A stretch of DNA of 64,000 nucleotides, from positions 96,001-160,000 of the forward strand of contig CAWGIE010000031.1 of NCBI GenBank assembly GCA_963822585.1, in the 5' to 3' direction. This DNA is from an uncultured bacterium (GTDB taxonomy: Bacteria > Auribacterota > Erginobacteria > Erginobacterales > Erginobacteraceae). Made by a program: the position numbers and the translations under genes. This document shows positions 10,237 to 18,350 of the stretch, piece by piece. The stretch's first letter is position 1. Every line of letters starts with the position of its first letter. The notes below the pieces were generated by a model. It was given only the letters and a program-made list of their open reading frames with translations, did no database searches and was not told the DNA's origin.

Positions 10237-10479
10237 CTATTCGAGATCCTCTATTCTGGTTACTTTGCCCTCCCGGGATTCTTTCCGAGCCTGGTTAATC
10301 ATCTTCACAAAGTGTGGGTCATTAAGAAGTCTGTATTCGATATACTCGTCCTCATTTGCAAAGCCCATGAGAACGCCAACAGGTCTTCCATGGTTTGTGA
10401 TAATGACCTCTTCCCTAATTGAATTCTTTACATAGGAAGAAAGATGGTCCTTCAGTTCGCTCAGTGCTGCTGTGATCAT
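10237..10479 (-). CDS. Phd/YefM-family antitoxin
   Basis: ELKDHLSSYV...VIITNHGRPVGVL; ATGA overlap with upstream toxin. Confidence 0.85.
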   Translation of the reverse strand: MITAALSELKDHLSSYVKNSIREEVIITNHGRPVGVLMGFANEDEYIEYRLLNDPHFVKMINQARKESREGKVTRIEDLE

Positions 10480-10772
10480 GATGATTTTCCCCCGTATTTT
10501 GCAAGCCACTCGGCAGTGCCGTCCTTTGGGACGATCGCCAGGACTATAACAGTCTGACCGACCACATCATAGAATATCCGGTACGGATCCAAACGAAGAC
10601 GGTATTCAGGATGTTCCATCTCGCGAAGTCGTTTAATCCGACTCCGGCTGATTTTAATCGGCTCTTGTCTGAGATGTACCTCCAATCCATTTTTGACCAA
10701 TACTCGCCCGCTGGCGCTCAGCGCACGATAGTGCGTCTTTGCTGTGTTGGTCAGTACAATCTCATATCTCAT
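10476..10772 (-). CDS. RelE/ParE-family toxin
   Basis: MRYEIVLT...EYRLRLDPYRIFYDV...VIVLAIVPK; 98 aa. Confidence 0.85.
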   Translation of the reverse strand: MRYEIVLTNTAKTHYRALSASGRVLVKNGLEVHLRQEPIKISRSRIKRLREMEHPEYRLRLDPYRIFYDVVGQTVIVLAIVPKDGTAEWLAKYGGKSS

Positions 10773-10851
10773 GATATAAAGATAGCATATTTCTGGCCAG
10801 AATCAAGGCCATATTTTTCAAGCCGGGAGTAGGATAATCTTTCTGCCGAAC

Positions 10852-11382
10852 TCACCGGGGGTGTGCTGGTAATATAATCTTCAGAGCTTCTGAGATGTCC
10901 TTGATTCGATGATTACCATTAACTTCCTGGTTATAGGGAGCGTCAAGAAGGATGGAGGTACATCCAGCCTTTTGGCCCGCTTCCATGTCCTTCCAGGTAT
11001 CTCCGATGATGAAAGAACTTCCGATGTCTATCCCCCACTTCTCAGCCGCCTGAACGATCATCCCCGGTTTCGGCTTGCGGCAATCGCATCCATCTTCATC
11101 ATCGTGAGGGCAGACAATGATGTCATCAACCGGGAGCGACCGGCCGATCAGAGCATGTATCCCGTCAAGTTCGGCGCTCGTCACCCGGCCCCGGGTCAGA
11201 TCCGGTTGATTCGTCACGACGACAATAATATAACCGGCATCCTTGAGTACGGATAAAAATCGTTCTATGCCCGGCGTGAACTGAAAATCGCTCAACGTCC
11301 TCGGTGAATACGGTTTCCCGTCTTTGATGATGACCCGGTTAATCACTCCGTCCCGGTCCAGAAATATCGCTCGCTTTAACAT
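10852..11382 (-). CDS. gmhB: HAD-IIIA heptose-bisphosphate phosphatase
   Basis: FLDRDGVIN, VTNQPD, CPH..CDCRKPKPGM, IGD. Confidence 0.9.
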   Translation of the reverse strand: MLKRAIFLDRDGVINRVIIKDGKPYSPRTLSDFQFTPGIERFLSVLKDAGYIIVVVTNQPDLTRGRVTSAELDGIHALIGRSLPVDDIIVCPHDDEDGCDCRKPKPGMIVQAAEKWGIDIGSSFIIGDTWKDMEAGQKAGCTSILLDAPYNQEVNGNHRIKDISEALKIILPAHPR

Positions 11383-11391
11383 TTAGAAATT

Positions 11392-11532
11392 AGCGCTTTG
11401 CGTTAACTTTAGGTAGCCGCACCCTTTAGGGTGCGCCCCGTTTAATACGAGTCGGCTACCGTTAATTAAAATTCCGAAGCGGGAATTGAGCGCTTTGCGC
11501 TAACATTTGGTAGCCTCACCTTTTGAGGCGCA
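11392..11532. repeat. Two ~44-bp direct repeats each ending in a GTAG-led palindrome (REP-like)
   Basis: agcgctttgcgttaactttagGTAGccgcaccctttagggtgcg (11392-11435) and agcgctttgcgctaacatttgGTAGcctcaccttttgaggcgca (11489-11532). Confidence 0.6.
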
Positions 11533-11569
11533 TAATAAAAGATTTTAAATTACCGCCGAAGGCGGCAAT

Positions 11570-12567
11570 TTAAAATGATGCGTCGCGGAAATTGACCAGG
11601 ACCCTGGAGCCCTCGAAGTCAAACCGGTAGCGCATCGGCCGCAATCCCAGTTCCTGCATCCTGTCCTTGAAGCGACGGTGATTCTCCTCCACGTAAAAGA
11701 CGAAGAACCCTCCCCCGCCGGCGCCGGAGATCTTGCCCCCCAGGGCGCCGTTTTCCCGGGCCACCCGGTAGATATTCTCAAAGCGGGGGTTGGTCATCTG
11801 CGGCGATAGTTTCTTCTTCTGTTCCCAGTGTTCGTCAAAGAGCCGGCCGACCTCTGAGAGATTCGCGCTCTCCACCGCCTCCAGGACCCGGTAGCCGATC
11901 TCCTTGATCCGGTGCATACTCTCCACGATCTCCCGCTGGTTTTTCTCGACCCCGCTCCTCTGATCGGTGAGGATGGAGGCGGAGTCGTGGGAGGTGTGGG
12001 TATAGAAGACCAGGAGGTTGCGGTTCAGTTCGTCGATGCAGTCTTCAGAGACCAGGGCGGTTCTCACCCGAACCGTTCCGTTTTGTTCGATTTCGAGGAC
12101 GGTCATCCCGCCGTAGGCGGCCATATAGGCGTCCTGCTTCCCTAGCGGCCCGCCGAGGATATCGATCTCCAGCCGGCAGGCCTCCTCGGCCAGGCCGGAG
12201 AGGCTGATGTGGTCGGATTTAAAGGTATGGAGGGCGTTCAACAGCCCTACCGTGTAGCAACTGGAGGAGCCAAGGCCGGTCCCGGCCGGAATATCGGCGA
12301 TCGAGACCACCTCGATCCCCCGCTCGATCCCCATCAGCTTCAGGGCTTCCCGGGCGATGTCATGTCGGATCTCCCCCGTCGTCGCCACCGTCTCGGCCTG
12401 GGAGTACTTGACCCGGACCAGCCCGTCAAATGGCTGGTTGACGTCGATATACATATACTTGGCGATCCCGGCGGCGAAGATAAAACCCCCGTAACGGGAG
12501 TAGTAGGATGAGAGATCGGTCCCCCCCCTCCCAGGGTGATTCGAAAAGGTGTCCGAGTAATGATCAT
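11570..12567 (-). pseudogene. hddA: GHMP kinase (heptose-7-P kinase HddA-like), frameshifted in G8 tract
   Basis: MIITRTPFRITLGGG (ATG 12567) continues as GTDLSSYY...PAGTGLGSS...GKQD...SGAGGGGF in another frame; shift at C8 run 12521-12528. Confidence 0.8.
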
Positions 12568-12635
12568 GATGTGGAATTAACCCCCTGGTGTATATTTTAT
12601 CGATGTATCGGCTTTGTCGAGCGGAATATCGGCAT

Positions 12636-12706
12636 GGAGTAATGGGATGATGGAATGGTGGAGTGATGGGATGACGGGCCAAGCCTCTACGATACTCCAT
12701 CATTCC
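12636..12706. repeat. Inverted octamer tandem array
   Basis: GGAGTAAT GGGATGAT GGAATGGT GGAGTGAT GGGATGAC ... ACTCCATCATTCC. Confidence 0.7.
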
Positions 12707-13392
12707 TTGATTAGTTTCCTCAATTCTTCCAATCCTTCCGGGGTGCCGATCTCGTAAAAGCGCCGGAAGACCTCGTAGCCGGCAAGCTTCCCTTCCCGGG
12801 CCAGCCGCTGGTAGAGAAAATCCAGGTTATAGAGGCTTCCCGCGGGTATCCGGTCGAGGACGTCCCGGGAGAGGACCGATAACCCGTAATCGATGTAGTT
12901 TTTTCCCCGCCCGCCTTTGTCGAAGTCGGTCACCAGGCCGTCGCGGAAAACGACGTTGCTCTTCACCCAGCGGTCTTGGTTCCGGAAGACAGTCATCAAT
13001 ACCGGCTGATCGACTCGAGAAAAATAGGCAAAAACCGCCCGGTAGTCAACCTCCAAGTAGGAATCGCCATAGAGAAGAAGAAATTCCGGGCGCAGCAGGG
13101 GCGCGGCCTGCCGGAGCGCCCCCCCGGTCCCGAGCAGTTCCCCCTCTTCCCGGCTGTAGGCCAGACGTATCCCGAAGTTTCTGCCGTCCCGGAAATGCTT
13201 CTCGATCTGTCCGGCCAGGTGACCGACACAGAGAACCACTTCCTCGACACCGCCCTGTCGCAGAAGATCCAGTTGTATTTCCAAAAAAGGCCGCACGCCG
13301 ATGGGGAGCATCGCCTTGGGAATATCCCGGCAGGTTGAACCCATCCGCGTCCCCAGACCACCCGCTAAGATGACGCACTGCATAACTGACAA
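12700..13392 (-). CDS. hddC: Sugar-1-phosphate nucleotidyltransferase (HddC-like)
   Basis: ILAGGLGTRM, PKAML, LGTGGAL, LYGDSY, EIGTPE. Confidence 0.8.
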   Translation of the reverse strand: MSVMQCVILAGGLGTRMGSTCRDIPKAMLPIGVRPFLEIQLDLLRQGGVEEVVLCVGHLAGQIEKHFRDGRNFGIRLAYSREEGELLGTGGALRQAAPLLRPEFLLLYGDSYLEVDYRAVFAYFSRVDQPVLMTVFRNQDRWVKSNVVFRDGLVTDFDKGGRGKNYIDYGLSVLSRDVLDRIPAGSLYNLDFLYQRLAREGKLAGYEVFRRFYEIGTPEGLEELRKLIKE

Positions 13393-13442
13393 TCTTCCCT
13401 AATCTTCATCTCTGAGCAAAATCACTGCGAACTTTGCTAAAT

Positions 13443-14378
13443 TTACCCGGACTCGATCATCTCACGGATGGACAGTCTGACGGCTTCCTTTGAACCGTAT
13501 CTCGCGGACCACCCCAGGTTGTGAATCTTCTCCAGATTGAACCTCACCCGGGGAACGTCTCCTTTCCAGCCGCGGGGGCCACCCGTGTAGCTCAGTCGCA
13601 CCTCTCTCAAGCCCATCTCCCGGATGACGATCCCGGCAATGGCGGAGACGTCGATATAATCCTCGGTGGCGACATTGAAGACATTCACCCGGCCATCGGC
13701 ATTCCGAAAGACATACAATATGGCATCGATCACATCCGAGACGTGGATATAGGATTTGCTCTGGCGTCCGTCCCCCAGGACCTCAAGTTTCGAGGGATCG
13801 CTTCCCAGTTTCCGGATAAAGTCGTACCCCACCCCGTGGGTCTGCCTCGAACCGACCACGTTGGCGAAACGGAAGATGAAACCCCGCAGATCGAAGAGGT
13901 GGCAGAAGGCGCTGACCAGGGCTTCGCCGGCCAACTTGGCCGCGCCGTACATCGAGACCGGCAGCAGCGGTCCGAAATTCTCGGCAGTGGGTGTATCCCC
14001 CACGTCGCCGTAAACCCCGCTCCCGGAGGCGTAAATAATCCCCCTGACTCCGGTGCGACGCATCGCCTCCAGGACATTGTAGGTCAATAGCGCCCCCTCC
14101 CGAAGATCGAGATCGGTCTCCATCGCTCCCCGGGCGATGTCCGGATTGGAGGCAAAGTGGCAGACCATGTCGTGTCCGGCCATCGCCGCGGTCAGTTCTT
14201 TAAGATTCCCGACTTCGCCCTCGATGAACCGAAAGTTGGGCTTCCCCAGGTGCGCCGTGAGGAACTCTCTTTTCCCGGAGGAAAGATTATCGAATACAGC
14301 CACGTAATTTTCCGCGATTAACCGGTCAGCCATATGACTGCCGATGAATCCCGCCCCCCCGGTGATAAAGTACTTCAT
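13443..14378 (-). CDS. NAD-dependent epimerase/dehydratase
   Basis: TGGAGFIGSH, YGAAK, RFANVVG. Confidence 0.9.
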   Translation of the reverse strand: MKYFITGGAGFIGSHMADRLIAENYVAVFDNLSSGKREFLTAHLGKPNFRFIEGEVGNLKELTAAMAGHDMVCHFASNPDIARGAMETDLDLREGALLTYNVLEAMRRTGVRGIIYASGSGVYGDVGDTPTAENFGPLLPVSMYGAAKLAGEALVSAFCHLFDLRGFIFRFANVVGSRQTHGVGYDFIRKLGSDPSKLEVLGDGRQSKSYIHVSDVIDAILYVFRNADGRVNVFNVATEDYIDVSAIAGIVIREMGLREVRLSYTGGPRGWKGDVPRVRFNLEKIHNLGWSARYGSKEAVRLSIREMIESG

Positions 14379-14474
14379 TATATTTCTCCGAAAACTAATT
14401 AGATTTGTTCGCTTCCAGCATTATGTCTCCTATTGCAAGTCCATACATCTATGTATCTATTTGTATAAATCTTA

Positions 14475-15821
14475 TTATGGACATCTCATATCCGGCCATG
14501 GTTCCCAAAAAGAATAGAAGGGACCATCCAACAACAACCACCAGAATATTACCACTTGCGCCACCACTAAAATCGCTATGGCAAAACGAGCGGATGGCCA
14601 GCGTTCAATGATTCTTTGAAATCCATAAGCGAAAAATACGATCTGGCTGGCGCTGGAAAAATAGATAAAACGGGGATTGATAAAAGACCCCACTTGCACA
14701 TCGGGTATATACCAGGAACCGATCAATATGGCGATCAAGCCGATTAACCACCAGCCTAAAATTGGAAACCACGCGGGATCATTTTCCATTCTGATAAATC
14801 CCAAAAGAAAACCAAATACTCCAATTAGTGTAACTGGCAAAGCCACAATATAAAGCCCACTTGTTGCCCAGGGGTTGGGAGCATCAGGTAAAAATCTTGG
14901 CAATCGCCACCAAGTTAGATAGAGTTTCGACCAGAAAGACTTGTCTGCCGGTGTCAATAACTCACCAACATCGGGACTTGTAACTTTAAACGGGCCCTTG
15001 AGAATATCAATGAATCGAAAAGATAAATAATCCCAGCGGTACCTATGAATGCTTGGAGTGGGCCTCTGTATTGTTTCGTGATGAATAAAATAGCCTGTAT
15101 CCCGGTAATAACGAAAGTAGTTGTGGCTGGCTAAACTAATCCAGATTAAGGCAAATACCGTCGCCCTTATGAGGAGAGGTTTAAATCGCTCCCGAAAAAA
15201 CCACTTGCGAGACATCAGACTGAGGATGACCACCGGGCCCATAAGCGATGCGGTAGCTTTCATCAATGCCGCTATTCCGACCGCTATACCCATACAGGCT
15301 ATAGCTCGATAAGAAGGGAGAGTCGCCTTCTGCATCATAACTACCATTCCCCAGAGAGCTAAGCTACCCCAAAAACTCATAGCCATATCATTATCAATAG
15401 TGACCGAAGACGATACCCAGGAGGTAAAGGTGCCAAAAATGAGAAAGGCAAAAACTCGGGCGAAATAATCTTTAATCATTCTCCGGAGGACTAACCAAAC
15501 AAATGGGATTATTCCTAATGCCCAGAGCACTGAAAGTAACTGGACCCCTCGTCCGGGGGAGAGGGGCGCCGAGGTACCTAACGCCATCAATCCCCTGTAA
15601 ACGAAAGCGGCGATGGTATGGTGCAGAAGAGTATGCTGGGCCTGATCGTTACGATCATATAGAGGGACCGGTGGCCATCGGTGTTCACGCGCAATAAAAT
15701 CGACCACCTTGAGATGGTCATCGCCCATCAAGAGGGGAAAACGAAGGAAAGCGACTATGCAGGCGGCGACAAGCGGCAAAAGGAATATCCAATCGGGTAG
15801 TGAATATTTTATCTTATGCAT
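14475..15821 (-). CDS. GT-C (ArnT-like) membrane glycosyltransferase, AT-richer
   Basis: GDDH loop, IDND, ALMKAT motifs, many TM segments. Confidence 0.6.
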   Translation of the reverse strand: MHKIKYSLPDWIFLLPLVAACIVAFLRFPLLMGDDHLKVVDFIAREHRWPPVPLYDRNDQAQHTLLHHTIAAFVYRGLMALGTSAPLSPGRGVQLLSVLWALGIIPFVWLVLRRMIKDYFARVFAFLIFGTFTSWVSSSVTIDNDMAMSFWGSLALWGMVVMMQKATLPSYRAIACMGIAVGIAALMKATASLMGPVVILSLMSRKWFFRERFKPLLIRATVFALIWISLASHNYFRYYRDTGYFIHHETIQRPTPSIHRYRWDYLSFRFIDILKGPFKVTSPDVGELLTPADKSFWSKLYLTWWRLPRFLPDAPNPWATSGLYIVALPVTLIGVFGFLLGFIRMENDPAWFPILGWWLIGLIAILIGSWYIPDVQVGSFINPRFIYFSSASQIVFFAYGFQRIIERWPSARFAIAILVVAQVVIFWWLLLDGPFYSFWEPWPDMRCP

Positions 15822-15858
15822 CCCTTTTATCCTGTCAAAAATACATCAAAAAATGCAT

Positions 15859-17262
15859 TTAACGTAGCGAGGCTGCGGAAAAGGCAAGGTTCTTGAACTC
15901 CTTAAGGGACCTTACCTGCTTTAACCGATTCCAGATATAGGAAGGGCGGTAATAATACGCCCGGAAAAAACGTTTCTGCCACCTGTCCAGTGCGCCCGGA
16001 CTGAGGGCCGAACCCTTCCCCGCCAGGCCCCCGATAATAGTCGCGTCACCCCTGGTATATTCGGACCAGTAGTCGATCCCCGTTTCCTTCACCAGATCCC
16101 GGTAGATCGGCGAGGGGGGGCAGGGAACGAACTTGTTGACCTGGATGAAATCGCAGTTCAGTTCCAGGGCCAACTTGATGGTCCGGTTCACGTCTTTTGG
16201 GGTTTCGCCGGGGAGTCCGATCATAAAAAATCCCAGGGTGGTGATCCCCTCCTCGCGGCTCCAGCGGACCGCCCGGCGGATCGTCTCCCGATCCATCTCC
16301 CGGTTGAGTCTTTTCAGAATGTGGGGCGAGCCCGACTCGACACCGAGATGGACCTTCGTCAGGCCCGCCCGCTTCATTAATCTCAAAGTTTCCCGATCCA
16401 CCAGGTCGGGCCGGGTTCGGATCGACCACTTGACCTTCACCCCCCGGGATAGCAACCCCTCGCAGATCTCGACAACCCGGTTGTTGTCTATGGTGAAGCT
16501 TTCGTCCTGGAACCAGATCTCCCGGATTCCGAACCGGTTCACGCACTCCTCCATCTCCGCCACCACGTGTCCGGCCGGCCGGGCCTGGTAGCGGTTGTGG
16601 GGGACGTCGCAGTAGGCGCACTGGAAGGGGCAGCCGAGGGCGGAGACCATCACCGTGATCGGCCATTCCCGGCTCATCACGGTCGTGTAACGCTCGTTGG
16701 GGAGGAGGTGCCGGGCCGGGAAAGGAACATCCTCCAAGGTCAGATTGTCAGAGCGGGGTTCGGTTGCCCGGTATTCGCCCCCCTCCCGGTAGCAGATCCC
16801 CCGGACCGAGGCCGGCTCGGAATCAGAGCCAAGGCATTTCAAAAGTTCGGGCAGGGTATGCCAGCCCTCCCCGGTAACCCCGTAATCGATCGCGGGATGG
16901 GTCATCGTCTCGGCGGGATAGAGACTCATATGGAGACCGCCGACGATGACGGGTACCCCGGTAAACTTCTTCACTCCCTCAATCCCGGCCAGGGTATCGA
17001 GAAAATTCTCGGTGATCAGGTTATAACCGATCGCGACCGGGTTGAATTCCTTCGCCCGGCGGGCCGTCTCTTCCACGCTCAGCCGTTCCGCGAAAGCATC
17101 GATGATCCGAACCTCGAATCCCGCCTTCTCCAGCCAGGCCGCCAGGTAGGCCGTCGGGAGGTTGGGGAGGACCTGGGCCGAGCGGGTGTACTGCCGCCAG
17201 ACCTTCTCGGTGTACATCGGCCGGGGAACTTCCTGCTTCGGAATGATGAATAAAAAGCGCAT
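15859..17262 (-). CDS. B12-binding radical SAM protein
   Basis: YLAAWLEKAG, GGLHM, ALGCPFQCAYC, GVESGS. Confidence 0.9.
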   Translation of the reverse strand: MRFLFIIPKQEVPRPMYTEKVWRQYTRSAQVLPNLPTAYLAAWLEKAGFEVRIIDAFAERLSVEETARRAKEFNPVAIGYNLITENFLDTLAGIEGVKKFTGVPVIVGGLHMSLYPAETMTHPAIDYGVTGEGWHTLPELLKCLGSDSEPASVRGICYREGGEYRATEPRSDNLTLEDVPFPARHLLPNERYTTVMSREWPITVMVSALGCPFQCAYCDVPHNRYQARPAGHVVAEMEECVNRFGIREIWFQDESFTIDNNRVVEICEGLLSRGVKVKWSIRTRPDLVDRETLRLMKRAGLTKVHLGVESGSPHILKRLNREMDRETIRRAVRWSREEGITTLGFFMIGLPGETPKDVNRTIKLALELNCDFIQVNKFVPCPPSPIYRDLVKETGIDYWSEYTRGDATIIGGLAGKGSALSPGALDRWQKRFFRAYYYRPSYIWNRLKQVRSLKEFKNLAFSAASLR

Positions 17263-17360
17263 TTGTCCGGGCTGCTATTCGCCTTGCCGGGAATTAAAGC
17301 ATAGAATATACTAGCCTTTCCCCGGGAAACCAAGCAAATAACCCGAACCCGTAATTTTTC

Positions 17361-18089
17361 ATGCCGCTGGAAGAAAAAATCAACTGGACGGTTTTGACCC
17401 TGGTTCATAATGAGGCCGGGGCGATCGAGGGGGTGGTGAAAGAAATCCATGAGAAGATCCTCTCCCGTCTGCCGGACTCGAATCTGGTGGTGGTCGAGGA
17501 CGGGAGCACCGACGGCACCAAGGAGATCCTCTCTCGGCTCCGGGACGAACTGCATTTCACCTTACTGATGGAGACCGGGAAACAGGGTTATACCTCCGCC
17601 CTCCGCCGGGCCCTCTCGGCCGCCCGGGACCAATCCGACTTCGTCTTCTTTACCGATTCCGACGGCCAGCACGATCAGGCCGATTTCTGGATACTGAAGG
17701 ACCTGATCGCAGAGTCGGATCTGGTTATCGGGGTCAAGGAGCACCGGGAGGACTCCTGGTTCCGCAACTTCATCTCGCGGGCGATGAACCGCGTCCTGGT
17801 TCCGGTGCTTTTTGGGGATAAACTCCGGGATATCAACTGCGGTTTCCGATTGATGCGGCGGGGAGTGGTGGAATTCTGGCTGAAGGAAAACTGGTTCTTC
17901 CGGGACTGTATCTTCGCCGAACTCACCCTGCGGGCTCAGCGGGCCGGCTTCCGCATTGCCGAGATCCCCGTTCGCCACTCGATACGGAGGTTCGGCACTT
18001 CTTCCGGGCTCCCGGGCCGAAGGATGCCCCTCATCCTGCTCCGAATCGTGAAGAATTTTTTCAAACTCCGCGGAGAGCTCTCAGCTTAG
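17361..18089 (+). CDS. GT2 glycosyltransferase (DPM1-like)
   Basis: HNE, EDGSTDGT, FTDSDGQH, DINCGFRLMRR. Confidence 0.9.
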   Translation: MPLEEKINWTVLTLVHNEAGAIEGVVKEIHEKILSRLPDSNLVVVEDGSTDGTKEILSRLRDELHFTLLMETGKQGYTSALRRALSAARDQSDFVFFTDSDGQHDQADFWILKDLIAESDLVIGVKEHREDSWFRNFISRAMNRVLVPVLFGDKLRDINCGFRLMRRGVVEFWLKENWFFRDCIFAELTLRAQRAGFRIAEIPVRHSIRRFGTSSGLPGRRMPLILLRIVKNFFKLRGELSA

Positions 18090-18274
18090 TGGTTCATTTC
18101 ATCAATAAGGTTACGCATCGAGGACGTCGAGGCGCCCGATCGGCCAGGCGCGAGGAGGGAAAATACTCTAGCAGTATTTGACCGACGCGCAACGCAGCAG
18201 AACGGGCGGGCACCGACTCGCGAAGCGAGTTGGTCGCGGCGGCCGAATGCCGCCTTATTGATGAAATGGGCCAC
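18089..18274. mobile_element. MITE-like element, 186 bp, with terminal inverted repeats and TTA flanking duplication
   Basis: GTGGTTCATTTCATCAATAAGG ... CCTTATTGATGAAATGGGCCAC; TTA at 18086-18088 and 18275-18277. Confidence 0.75.
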
Positions 18275-18350
18275 TTAGCCTCTTCCGATTCGAGGGATCC
18301 ATCCCATTACCAAATTCTCCCCTTCAGGGAACACCCGGATTTTCCGAAAC

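Noticed and set aside
12568..12703. N-terminal extension of the 377-aa kinase ORF (HPITPPFHHPITP)
   Set aside because: It is translated octamer repeat; the real start is ATG 12567 in another frame
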